Source: Euryarchaeota archaeon UBA106
GTDB taxonomy: Archaea > Thermoplasmatota > Poseidoniia > Poseidoniales > Thalassarchaeaceae
Assembly: GCA_002502365.1 (NCBI GenBank)
Contig: DAOJ01000081.1
Span: 562-57,045 of the forward strand
Length of the DNA stretch: 56,484 nucleotides
Direction: 5' to 3'
Positions 1 through 7,950 of the stretch are shown piece by piece. Both the position numbers and the translations under genes were made by a program. The notes beneath the pieces were generated by a model that saw only the letters and a list, made by a program, of their open reading frames with translations, was not told where the DNA came from and searched no databases. The number at the start of each line of letters is the position of its first letter. The first letter of the stretch is position 1.

Positions 1-881
1 GATAGATTGTCAACTGAACTTGGTTCTAGCGATGCCTTACGCAAGGTGCTAGGCCTTACGTCGTCTGGCATTACTTCTCCACGACCGTCTTTCTCAGTTC
101 GACGAATGGCTGCATCTAGCAATTCAATTGCCATTCTAGCATCTCCTGACTCAGAAGCGAATTGGCCGATTTTAGTCAGAGTTTCTTCAGCTACAGAACC
201 TGTCTTACAGGCCACATCGACTCTCTGTTTGGCGATTCCAGTTAGTGTCTCTGCGTCGTATGGTTTCATATCAACGATATTTGATTGTCCTAGTCTGGAA
301 ATTATTGCAGGTTCAAAGAGTTTCATCAATGACAAATTTTGACTGACCATAATCATCGACATAGTCCCTTGAGTTTCTTTTCCTTCGTCGATTCGAAGTA
401 GTTTGTAGATTAGATCTGATTGATCGCGATTTACCAAGACATCTGCCTCATCTAAAATTAATAGAAGATGGCTATCATATGAAATCAGATTTCTTCGAAT
501 CGATTGGATAATTTCACCAGGACTGAATCCCCTTTCTGGATGACGTTCGTCAAGGCTGAGTGCAATCTGTTGCAAGACTTGAGGGCCGGTTGGATGATTA
601 CGACAATTGACATGAGTTATGACAATCTTTCTCCTTCCTTCGAGATGACGCTGAATATCTTCTGCAAAGCGCCGCGTCATCACTGTCTTTCCAGAGCCAA
701 CCGGTCCCATTACAACCGCTTGACAACTGGTTTCATGATTCTGAATTTGCGAGAATATACCCGCCATCTCGCCCAATTCTTCATCTCGACCTATCAGAGA
801 TGGCGGAACCCAGTCGTACGACAGAGGGGCCTTGTCCAGCAGGACTTTGCCTGCTCCGATGCGGTCGAGGTATCCTGCCAT
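1..881 (-). CDS. cdc6: Orc1/Cdc6 replication initiator (AAA+); 3' end runs off the left window edge
   Basis: Absent from the ORF track because there is no stop inside the window. My minus-strand translation from the ATG at 881-879 reads MAGYLDRIGAGKVLLDKAPLSYDWVPPSLIGRDEELGEMAG...VVMGPVGSGKT (Walker A)...LLLILDEADVL (Walker B)...GDARMAIELLDAA. An in-frame TGA lies directly upstream at 884-882. Confidence 0.9.
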   Translation of the reverse strand, partial: MAGYLDRIGAGKVLLDKAPLSYDWVPPSLIGRDEELGEMAGIFSQIQNHETSCQAVVMGPVGSGKTVMTRRFAEDIQRHLEGRRKIVITHVNCRNHPTGPQVLQQIALSLDERHPERGFSPGEIIQSIRRNLISYDSHLLLILDEADVLVNRDQSDLIYKLLRIDEGKETQGTMSMIMVSQNLSLMKLFEPAIISRLGQSNIVDMKPYDAETLTGIAKQRVDVACKTGSVAEETLTKIGQFASESGDARMAIELLDAAIRRTEKDGRGEVMPDDVRPSTLRKASLEPSSVDNL

Positions 882-913
882 TCAAGGGAGTCGTGCTCTC
901 GCCGTTCTTAGAG

Positions 914-920
914 ATATTTA
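914..920 (-). promoter_or_regulatory. Candidate TATA box for cdc6
   Basis: The minus strand reads TAAATAT, centred about 36 nt upstream of the cdc6 ATG. This fits a short-leader or leaderless archaeal transcript. Confidence 0.3.
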
Positions 921-925
921 CTCCA

Positions 926-962
926 ACGCGCGCGTACACAGGCTTGTGTGACCCGCGCGCGT
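926..962 (-). terminator. Long GC hairpin between dph2 stop and cdc6 promoter
   Basis: ACGCGCGCG-TACACA-ggct-TGTGTG-acc-CGCGCGCGT forms about 15 pairs (one GU) with a 3-nt bulge. The outer arms are alternating (CG)4. Confidence 0.35.
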
Positions 963-982
963 GAGAATCCAAAAACCACTGA

Positions 983-2101
983 TTACGGGATTTCATCGAA
1001 TTGGTAACCATTTTCCCATTGCTTTTCACCAAGGGCTACTTCCAATTCGAAAGGAGTGATTAGTGGTTTAGCATATTTTACCGCGTCATCGATTGCTATA
1101 CGCGGGCAGGCAGTATTGACAAAGGCATCAACGGGATAGAAGTCGATTAGTTCAGGACCGACATGGTCTAGTGCGAGAAGGTATCCTTTGCGTCCATGTT
1201 TTTCGAGAAGCCGCTTCATTCTGATAGCAAGATTACGTCGCATTTGACCAGGCTTCTCGCCGATGAGAATTCCAAACGACTTAGCCTCATCGACAGAGAA
1301 AATCAATCCCATTCTCTGTCTTAGAATCCGTTCAATATGTTCGAAAGATAATTCGCTTGCTTCACCAGTGTAGGGATCTAGTAATGCTAGTGGTTTACCA
1401 GTATGCATGACTAAACCAATTGGATGAAAATCTCCCGAACCTAGGAATATGTAGTGCCCTATTGAGGGGTCGTCTCCTGAATAATTGCAACCTAGAACTT
1501 GTCCTGGGAAGGTCAGACGTGCCCCGCCAGTTGGAATCTCAACCTCAAAACCAGCATTCTCAAAACGCTCTTTGTAATCTTCAAGAAGATGAAGGTGTTG
1601 AATAGAACCAACAAGTCCTAATTTAGTTCCCGACAAAGGTGCAACTCTACCTACTGCATCTAAGAATCGTTCTTTTGCTTCGTCTTCGCTAAGGTCGAAT
1701 GGCATTGAAGCCTCGGCAAGCCTTGCTTCCGCGATTGCTTTGTGCTTAGCTAGTATTGGTACAACAGGATCAATCTCAGGATCTCCATCATATGTCACAG
1801 GTATGAAATGAGTTGGCATTCCAGAATCGATATTCATTGCACTGTGACCCATATGTGCGACTAATTCCACGCCCATCATACGCATTTTATCATGAACTAA
1901 ATCACATGCACCATAGCAAGGGTCTGCAGCCAATACTACCTTTGCCTCTGAGTCCTCTTCAATTGAGTCCATCATCTCAAGAGCCTGCATTTTCAGACCC
2001 TCTGGAACTTGTAATGCTACCAAGCGATGGTCGTTGTCTTTGATTCGCTCGACTAGGTCGTCGAGCTGAAAATCATGACGCTCCATGTCCATGTTAACCA
2101 A
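983..2101 (-). CDS. dph2: Diphthamide biosynthesis enzyme Dph2 (2-(3-amino-3-carboxypropyl)histidine synthase)
   Basis: 372-aa ORF with LQVPEGLK and DPCYGACD motifs and a conserved Cys-containing C-terminal half (NTACPRI), typical of archaeal Dph2. Confidence 0.85.
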   Translation of the reverse strand: MVNMDMERHDFQLDDLVERIKDNDHRLVALQVPEGLKMQALEMMDSIEEDSEAKVVLAADPCYGACDLVHDKMRMMGVELVAHMGHSAMNIDSGMPTHFIPVTYDGDPEIDPVVPILAKHKAIAEARLAEASMPFDLSEDEAKERFLDAVGRVAPLSGTKLGLVGSIQHLHLLEDYKERFENAGFEVEIPTGGARLTFPGQVLGCNYSGDDPSIGHYIFLGSGDFHPIGLVMHTGKPLALLDPYTGEASELSFEHIERILRQRMGLIFSVDEAKSFGILIGEKPGQMRRNLAIRMKRLLEKHGRKGYLLALDHVGPELIDFYPVDAFVNTACPRIAIDDAVKYAKPLITPFELEVALGEKQWENGYQFDEIP

Positions 2102-2161
2102 CTTGCCGTCCTAAGTTTGGTATTTGAGCGGTTTCAACGATGATACTTAATCGTCCCAATT

Positions 2162-2740
2162 TCAATCGACAATCTCGACTTTACCATCGATAATGTCGAT
2201 TCTTGCCAGTGAACGGATTGGCCAATGGGGTTTCTCACGGTTCAATCTCTCACGTCCTTCTCCCTTCTCGATAGCGATTACGATATCCTGTAAGATTACA
2301 CCCATATCTTCGAGTTGTTGAATAAGAGGTTCCAAAGTACCACCTGTAGAAATTACGTCATCAACGATTACGATTCTTTCTCCTGGTTTGATGTCGTTTA
2401 TGTAAACAGTTGATTGAGAATAACCAGTAGCAACATCAACACGTGTTTCTCCTTCCATACCATAAGATCGCTTTCGAATTACAACTGTAGGTTTTCCAGT
2501 AGCATCGCCTACTGCTGCAAGAAGAGGTAGACCCATTGCTTCAACTGTCACAATTAGGTCTACTTTCGACCAATCAACACTCGAGACAATTAGGTCCCTA
2601 GTTGCTCGAAGTACTTCTGGATCCATTCTTGGAATGCCATCTGATATTGGGTGAATGAAGTATGGGTATTCGCCCTTCCAAATGATTGGAGCACCCCTAA
2701 GGGACTCTTGCAGAATACTGAGAGGATCATTAGATCCCAT
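2162..2740 (-). CDS. hpt: Archaeal-type hypoxanthine/guanine phosphoribosyltransferase
   Basis: 192 aa. The N-terminus LQESLRGAPIIWKGEYPYFIHPISDGIP and the PRPP loop IVIVDDVISTGGT match the archaeal Hpt family architecture. Confidence 0.8.
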   Translation of the reverse strand: MGSNDPLSILQESLRGAPIIWKGEYPYFIHPISDGIPRMDPEVLRATRDLIVSSVDWSKVDLIVTVEAMGLPLLAAVGDATGKPTVVIRKRSYGMEGETRVDVATGYSQSTVYINDIKPGERIVIVDDVISTGGTLEPLIQQLEDMGVILQDIVIAIEKGEGRERLNREKPHWPIRSLARIDIIDGKVEIVD

Positions 2741-2752
2741 ATTGCATCAACC

Positions 2753-3298
2753 TCAGACTAACCCTAGTTTGCGAAGCGCTTCGTGCCCCTTCTTTACTCG
2801 AATAGTGGTAGGGCTTGGAATCTTCATTCCTGCCTTTCTAAGTGAGTCACGTGCTTCGGAATAGAATTCAGGGGATGTATGAACTGAGACAACTACGTCG
2901 TTCTTTGGTACACGAGCCGCTGTTCCTACATTCTTGCCGAACGACAGTCTCATTCCTTGGGATACACGGTCAGCACCTGCGCCGGTCGCTTGCTTGTTTT
3001 CGCGAAGGATATTGTGCGGGTACTTGTGAATTCGAAGTGCATATCCCATATCTCCTGCAGCTTCCCTAATTGTTGAGTTTGATACCATTCTGGCCGCTTC
3101 TAGAGCGGTGTGTCGGATTTGAACTGCATTATCGACAGTCATTTCCAAAATCACCTCGAATTCTCCTGCTTCAGCAGCCTTTCTATTGCCCATATGATAG
3201 CGAAGAATTCGATTATTTGGTACACCGCCGGTGTACTCTCGGCGGGTGTATGCCTGCCCCTTGACTTGGCGGTACATCTTTGCCGGCTTGCGTGCCAT
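2753..3298 (-). CDS. rpl10e: 50S ribosomal protein L10e (uL16)
   Basis: MARKPAKMYRQVKGQAYTRREYTGGVP... has the length (181 aa) and N-terminal signature of archaeal/eukaryotic L10e. Confidence 0.93.
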   Translation of the reverse strand: MARKPAKMYRQVKGQAYTRREYTGGVPNNRILRYHMGNRKAAEAGEFEVILEMTVDNAVQIRHTALEAARMVSNSTIREAAGDMGYALRIHKYPHNILRENKQATGAGADRVSQGMRLSFGKNVGTAARVPKNDVVVSVHTSPEFYSEARDSLRKAGMKIPSPTTIRVKKGHEALRKLGLV

Positions 3299-3333
3299 CT
3301 CAATTCCCTCGGGCTCGGCCGACCTACCCGCCG

Positions 3334-3340
3334 TATATAA
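3334..3340 (-). promoter_or_regulatory. Candidate TATA box for rpl10e
   Basis: The minus strand reads TTATATA about 38 nt upstream of the rpl10e ATG. It is flanked by the inverted arms CCTACC / GGTAGG (3323-3328 / 3342-3347). Confidence 0.35.
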
Positions 3341-3350
3341 CGGTAGGTGC

Positions 3351-3365
3351 AGCCCCTACGGGGCT
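3351..3365 (-). terminator. Perfect hairpin after the EamA gene
   Basis: AGCCCC-tac-GGGGCT has a 6-bp stem and a 3-nt loop, 12 nt downstream of the stop at 3377. No oligo-T tract follows, so a terminator role is tentative. Confidence 0.3.
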
Positions 3366-3376
3366 AAGTTAGTCCT

Positions 3377-4318
3377 CTATCCAACACGCAATCTTTCACT
3401 TTCAACTTGAACCACTCTAACTCCCATGACGATTAGAACAAAGCCAAGAAGAAGAGACCATCCAACGTTTTCATCAAGTAATAAGACTCCGCCTAGTACC
3501 CCGAAAACAGGCATCATGAATATGTAAGATGCAGCAGCAGTTGCTCCAAGTTTCTCAACTCCAATCGCAAACCAATAGTAGGCTAATACGGTTGAAATCG
3601 CAGCGAGATAGATGATTGCATACCAATCCTCTGAGGTCGGTTTCGGAATACCATATTGGTAGGTTTCCCAAGCGGCTAAAGGAGTTAATAGAACAGTTCC
3701 AATAAGTGAGTACCATACGACAATTTCCAATGTTGTTGCCTCTTGTTCGCCATTTCTTCTTTCCATCATTCGCTTGGTGTTATTAGTAGTCATTGCCCAG
3801 CATAGAGCGGCTAGGAGAATCATGAAATCGCCTAGGATTCTATCTTCAAATGGGATTTCTGTATTTGGGCTCCAGCCAGTAACTACTGCAACTCCGGCGA
3901 ATCCACATACTAGCCCTATGAACATTCTACTGGTAATTTGTTGACCAAGCATGGGTGCTGCTAATAGCACCGTGAAAACCGGATTAAATGTGATAATTAG
4001 TGATGCATCACCAGCTGCAGTAAGCTGCATGCCATTCATGAAAAGTAGTTGATAGCCGAGTACTCCAGTTACTGCAATTATGGTTAAAGTCCGCCAAGAT
4101 TGAAAGCCGCTAGGAAGCCAATTTACTTGTTTTCCTTTCAATGCCAAAACCGCAAACCAAGCATAAAACAAAATCATCGTTAGTACGTATCTAAGCCAAG
4201 CACCAGTCACTGGAGGAAGTCCTAATGCTAGGATTCTACCTACTGCCCAGGCCATCCCCCATGAGAAAACAACCAGTACCATTAGTCCGTGGACTCGCCA
4301 TTGATCCCCGAAACTCAT
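3377..4318 (-). CDS. EamA/DMT-family permease
   Basis: 313 aa, about 10 hydrophobic helices arranged as two similar halves, typical of drug/metabolite transporter (EamA) proteins. Confidence 0.75.
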   Translation of the reverse strand: MSFGDQWRVHGLMVLVVFSWGMAWAVGRILALGLPPVTGAWLRYVLTMILFYAWFAVLALKGKQVNWLPSGFQSWRTLTIIAVTGVLGYQLLFMNGMQLTAAGDASLIITFNPVFTVLLAAPMLGQQITSRMFIGLVCGFAGVAVVTGWSPNTEIPFEDRILGDFMILLAALCWAMTTNNTKRMMERRNGEQEATTLEIVVWYSLIGTVLLTPLAAWETYQYGIPKPTSEDWYAIIYLAAISTVLAYYWFAIGVEKLGATAAASYIFMMPVFGVLGGVLLLDENVGWSLLLGFVLIVMGVRVVQVESERLRVG

Positions 4319-4370
4319 CGCAAGCCCTCAGACCTGCGTATATTGACTTGGGTCAAATAGTGTACTGAGT

Positions 4371-4781
4371 TCAAAATAGATGAACAATTACTCTATTCCA
4401 GGCCATAATTGCAAATACAGTTATTGTAGAAATCAACCACAAATTGTAGATTGGTTTGGGAACATTGAATTCTTTGATATCGGAAACAAGGGGTACCAAA
4501 GATCGCAATGCAAGATAAACGAAGGCTAAGTAAATCAATGGTGTTCCTAAATTAAAATCCAATGCGGATTTTAAATCAAAATGAGTAATTGCAACGAATC
4601 CTCTAGTCATTCCGCAAAATGGACATTCATGTCCCGTAAGGTGGTAATGAGGGCATAGATTGAGGCCATCTATATCTCCATGTGGTAAAATCGCAGAGGT
4701 GATTAAGGCTCCAGAAGCAATTACACCTTCGATATCCTCTTTTGTTAAATCGGAATACGAAAATTTGACCATTTTAGGCAC
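4371..4781 (-). CDS. DUF2752-family small membrane protein
   Basis: CPHYHLTGHECPFCGMTRGF matches the CP...CPxCGxTR signature of DUF2752. Hydrophobic helices follow. Confidence 0.6.
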   Translation of the reverse strand: MPKMVKFSYSDLTKEDIEGVIASGALITSAILPHGDIDGLNLCPHYHLTGHECPFCGMTRGFVAITHFDLKSALDFNLGTPLIYLAFVYLALRSLVPLVSDIKEFNVPKPIYNLWLISTITVFAIMAWNRVIVHLF

Positions 4782-4859
4782 ATCCAGTTCTATTGCAAGT
4801 CGTTTTACATCACTACTACGCCGGAGGTCATTTTAAACATACAAGAGCAGCCGCTTGGT

Positions 4860-5084
4860 TTGATGGAAGAAGAATATTCTGACGTAGACTGGACCATATT
4901 GTTAGTTTTGTCCCTATTATTGGGCGGATTAGGTGTTGATCGATTTTACTCAGGCCACATCGGCACTGGAGTTTTGAAGTTGATAACAGTCGGCGGATGT
5001 GGAATTTGGGCACTTTATGATATCATCATGATTGCAACAGGCAAGTTCCGCGACGGCGAAGGTAAGCTAGTTGTAAACCAATAA
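4860..5084 (+). CDS. TM2-domain membrane protein
   Basis: 74 aa. LGGLGVDRFYSGHIGTGVLKLITVGGCGIWALYD is the two-helix TM2 domain signature. Confidence 0.7.
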   Translation: MMEEEYSDVDWTILLVLSLLLGGLGVDRFYSGHIGTGVLKLITVGGCGIWALYDIIMIATGKFRDGEGKLVVNQ

Positions 5085-5114
5085 AACTCTCATTTTCATT
5101 AGATTTTGAGAGTT
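5085..5114 (+). terminator. Hairpin directly after the TM2 gene stop
   Basis: AACTCTCA-(14 nt T-rich loop)-TGAGAGTT has an 8-bp stem and starts 1 nt after the stop codon. Confidence 0.4.
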
Positions 5115-5251
5115 CGCTTTCTAATCTAGCGGGAGCTAGGCTCTAACAGCAGGCAAATCCTTCCCAAAGGGAAGGTTCGCACAGGATTGCTTATGCACCC
5201 TAGGCTCACAGGCATAGCCCACGCGCAGCGTAAGCGATGGAGGGATTTGGT

Positions 5252-7948
5252 ATGGCAAAGCGTTCAATGCTTGACCAATTTGCCGAAATAAAGGCGCAGC
5301 ACCCCGATACTGTACTATTTTTCAGGATGGGTGATTTCTATGAGATGTTCTATGAGGATGCCGAAATCGCTTCTGAAGTCCTAGGAATTACTCTGACTAG
5401 TCGAGATAAAAACGCCGATGATCCAGTCCCTATGGCGGGTGTACCGTGGCATTCCGTTGAAACCTACCTTCAAGGAATGTTGCGAGCAGGGCACAAAGTC
5501 ACATTGTGTGAGCAAGAAGAAGAATTACGACCGGGTTCAAAAATTCTCGAAAGAGTTGTCACTCGTGTTTACACTCCTGGTTCATTGTATGAAGAAGACC
5601 TAATTGGTGAAGACGGCTCAAGTTTACTTGCAGGATTAGTTTCCCGCGGAGACGGACTAGGTCTTGCAATCCTAGATTCTTCCACTGGCCGTGCATGGTT
5701 GCAGGAGCACTCTGGCGCAGGCCGTTACGAAAGACTTCGAGACGAATTACAAAGATGGTCTCCAAGTGAGTTAGTGCTTGTACGCCGAGATGCAGAAAGT
5801 GATGAAATTAGAGAGTTAATACACACTTTGGATGGAGTTACTATGAGCATTGCTGAAGGTAACAAAGAACAACATCTTCAGGTAGTAAAGGATCACCTTG
5901 AATTGGTTGACTTAGGTTCTGTTGACTTAGACCGTAGACCATTAGCAATGGAGGCTTGCGGACTCACCGCGGGATATATTGCTAAGTTACATCTAATCGA
6001 TATTGTACCATTGAGAGAAGTTCATTTCGACGCTGATGATGGACATCTTGTATTGGACCAAACAACCCTTCGTAACCTAGAGTTGACTCAAACCTTGGCT
6101 GGTGAGAAAGAAGGTTCTCTCGTTCAAGCGATCGACTGTACCCGAACATGGATGGGCCGTAGAAAACTCAAGGAATGGATACTACGCCCACTTACCGATT
6201 CAGAGAGAATTGCCTCCAGACAATCTGCAGTTGCTAGTTTAATTCGTGCCCCGCGTAGATTGGATTCCATTCGTGATTGTCTGAAATCAATGCGTGATTT
6301 AGAACGATTATCCACTCGTTTAGCTTATGGTCGGGCTAATGCAAGAGATTTGGTAGCCGTGGCTGATTGCTTAGAGAGAATGCCACGGCTCCAAGGATTG
6401 TTATCTGAAGGTGATTCTGAGTTACTTCATCAATGTGCAGAAGGATTAACAGATTTAGATCCAATAATGCATCATATCTCATCCAGACTTGTTCCTGAGC
6501 CACCAATGACAATAAGAGATGGTGGTATTTTCCTTTCTGGGGTTAACGAACAATTAGACGATTTTCGACAAAAGGCTGGCGAAGGTACGAATTGGTTGAA
6601 GGGTTTTGAATCCAAAGAGCGAGAGAGATTAGATATTCCTAGCCTGAAGGTCAAACAAAACCGTCAGTTTGGTTTCTTTATTGAAATCACAAAATCCCAT
6701 CTCGATAAGGTGCCAGAAGATTATCGAAGAAGGCAGACAATGACCAATGCTGAGAGGTTTACAACCGAAGAACTGAAGCAATGGGAGGAAGTTATTCTTA
6801 CCGCTGACGATAGGGCTAAAGCACTCGAATATGAACTATTTTTGGAACTTCGAAAAGAAGTTTCATCGCAAGCGGCAAAATTGAGTGAATTAGGTCGTAA
6901 AGTGGCTTCTTCAGATGTGCTTTCTGCCTTTGCATATCATGCGAGAAAACACTCTTGGAATCGTCCAGAAATCAAACACGATTCTACCATGCAAATCGTT
7001 TCCGGCCGCCATCCTGTGTTGGAAGGTGATGGCCGATTTGTTCCTAATGGAATCAGTTTTGACAAGAATCGTAGGTTCCTATTATTGACAGGTCCAAATA
7101 TGGGTGGTAAGTCTACCTATCTTAGACAAACAGCCCTCATCACAATACTTGCTCAAGCTGGGTCGTTTGTGCCCGCAGAAAAAGCTAGGATTGGAATTGT
7201 TGATCGTGTATTCACTAGGGTTGGAGCTCACGATGATTTGCGCCGTGGCCGTTCGACATTCATGATGGAAATGATTGAGGTGGCTCATATCCTCAGAAGA
7301 GCCACACCTAGAAGTCTCATTTTACTCGATGAGGTAGGACGCGGAACATCTACCTTCGATGGTCTAGCAATAGCATGGTCGGTTACTGAGGACCTCTCTA
7401 CTAGAGTTGGAGCCAGAACCCTCTTCGCAACTCATTACCATCAATTGGTCGGCTTAGCTGACGAAATTGATGGCTTGGTAAATGTACACGTTCAAGTTGC
7501 TGATGTCAAAGGAGAGATAAGATTCCTACACACTGTTGCCGATGGTCCATGCGATGATTCCTATGGTGTTCAGGTAGCCGCTTTAGCGGGTCTTCCTAGT
7601 GGGGTCGTAGAAAGGGCAAGAGACCTGTTAATCTTCCTTGAGAGTCAAGCCCAAGGTGCAAAAGCAGGAAGTGATGGGACACCAGATTCGAGGGAATCGG
7701 GACAATCTAGTCTGTATGGTTGGATGTTGCCCTCTGGAAGAAATCAAACCAGTACTAGTGATGCGCAACCAACTCCTGACCCAACCAAGGAAATTGTAGT
7801 ACAGGAAGACCCTATCCTCAGGGAAATAGCTGAAAGATTAGAATCTCTTGACCCTGATACTCTAACTCCTAGAGAGGCTCTTGAAGCACTTTATGCAATG
7901 CGCTCGGCTATGCAAAAATCTCTGGATAGCAAGTACTTGGAGGATTGA
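5252..7948 (+). CDS. mutS: DNA mismatch repair protein MutS (bacterial MutS1 type)
   Basis: The ORF opens at 5237, but GGAGG at 5240-5244 precedes the ATG at 5252. MAKRSMLDQFAEIKAQHPDTVLFFRMGDFYEMF is the mismatch-binding N-terminus. Walker A is GPNMGGKST, followed by DEVGRGTSTFDG. Confidence 0.95.
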   Translation: MAKRSMLDQFAEIKAQHPDTVLFFRMGDFYEMFYEDAEIASEVLGITLTSRDKNADDPVPMAGVPWHSVETYLQGMLRAGHKVTLCEQEEELRPGSKILERVVTRVYTPGSLYEEDLIGEDGSSLLAGLVSRGDGLGLAILDSSTGRAWLQEHSGAGRYERLRDELQRWSPSELVLVRRDAESDEIRELIHTLDGVTMSIAEGNKEQHLQVVKDHLELVDLGSVDLDRRPLAMEACGLTAGYIAKLHLIDIVPLREVHFDADDGHLVLDQTTLRNLELTQTLAGEKEGSLVQAIDCTRTWMGRRKLKEWILRPLTDSERIASRQSAVASLIRAPRRLDSIRDCLKSMRDLERLSTRLAYGRANARDLVAVADCLERMPRLQGLLSEGDSELLHQCAEGLTDLDPIMHHISSRLVPEPPMTIRDGGIFLSGVNEQLDDFRQKAGEGTNWLKGFESKERERLDIPSLKVKQNRQFGFFIEITKSHLDKVPEDYRRRQTMTNAERFTTEELKQWEEVILTADDRAKALEYELFLELRKEVSSQAAKLSELGRKVASSDVLSAFAYHARKHSWNRPEIKHDSTMQIVSGRHPVLEGDGRFVPNGISFDKNRRFLLLTGPNMGGKSTYLRQTALITILAQAGSFVPAEKARIGIVDRVFTRVGAHDDLRRGRSTFMMEMIEVAHILRRATPRSLILLDEVGRGTSTFDGLAIAWSVTEDLSTRVGARTLFATHYHQLVGLADEIDGLVNVHVQVADVKGEIRFLHTVADGPCDDSYGVQVAALAGLPSGVVERARDLLIFLESQAQGAKAGSDGTPDSRESGQSSLYGWMLPSGRNQTSTSDAQPTPDPTKEIVVQEDPILREIAERLESLDPDTLTPREALEALYAMRSAMQKSLDSKYLED

Positions 7949-7950
7949 AA

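Noticed and set aside
7-911. Plus-strand track ORFs 7-342 (111 aa) and 504-911 (135 aa).
   Set aside because: They lie antisense to a clear Orc1/Cdc6 reading frame (Walker A/B, winged-helix tail) that the track missed because it has no in-window stop. Their sequences are low-complexity and motif-free.
882-982. Replication origin adjacent to cdc6.
   Set aside because: The spacer is only 101 bp and relatively GC-rich. It holds a single dyad, with no repeated ORB-like boxes and no AT-rich unwinding element. An origin, if linked to this cdc6, is more likely beyond the left window edge.
781-1032. Minus-strand 83-aa ORF bridging the cdc6 start and the dph2 end.
   Set aside because: It is out of frame with both well-supported genes and spans the hairpin and TATA spacer. 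It is most likely a chance ORF.
5130-5236. tRNA or tRNA fragment, suggested by GGTTCGCAC, which resembles a T-loop.
   Set aside because: No acceptor, D or anticodon stems can be drawn around it.
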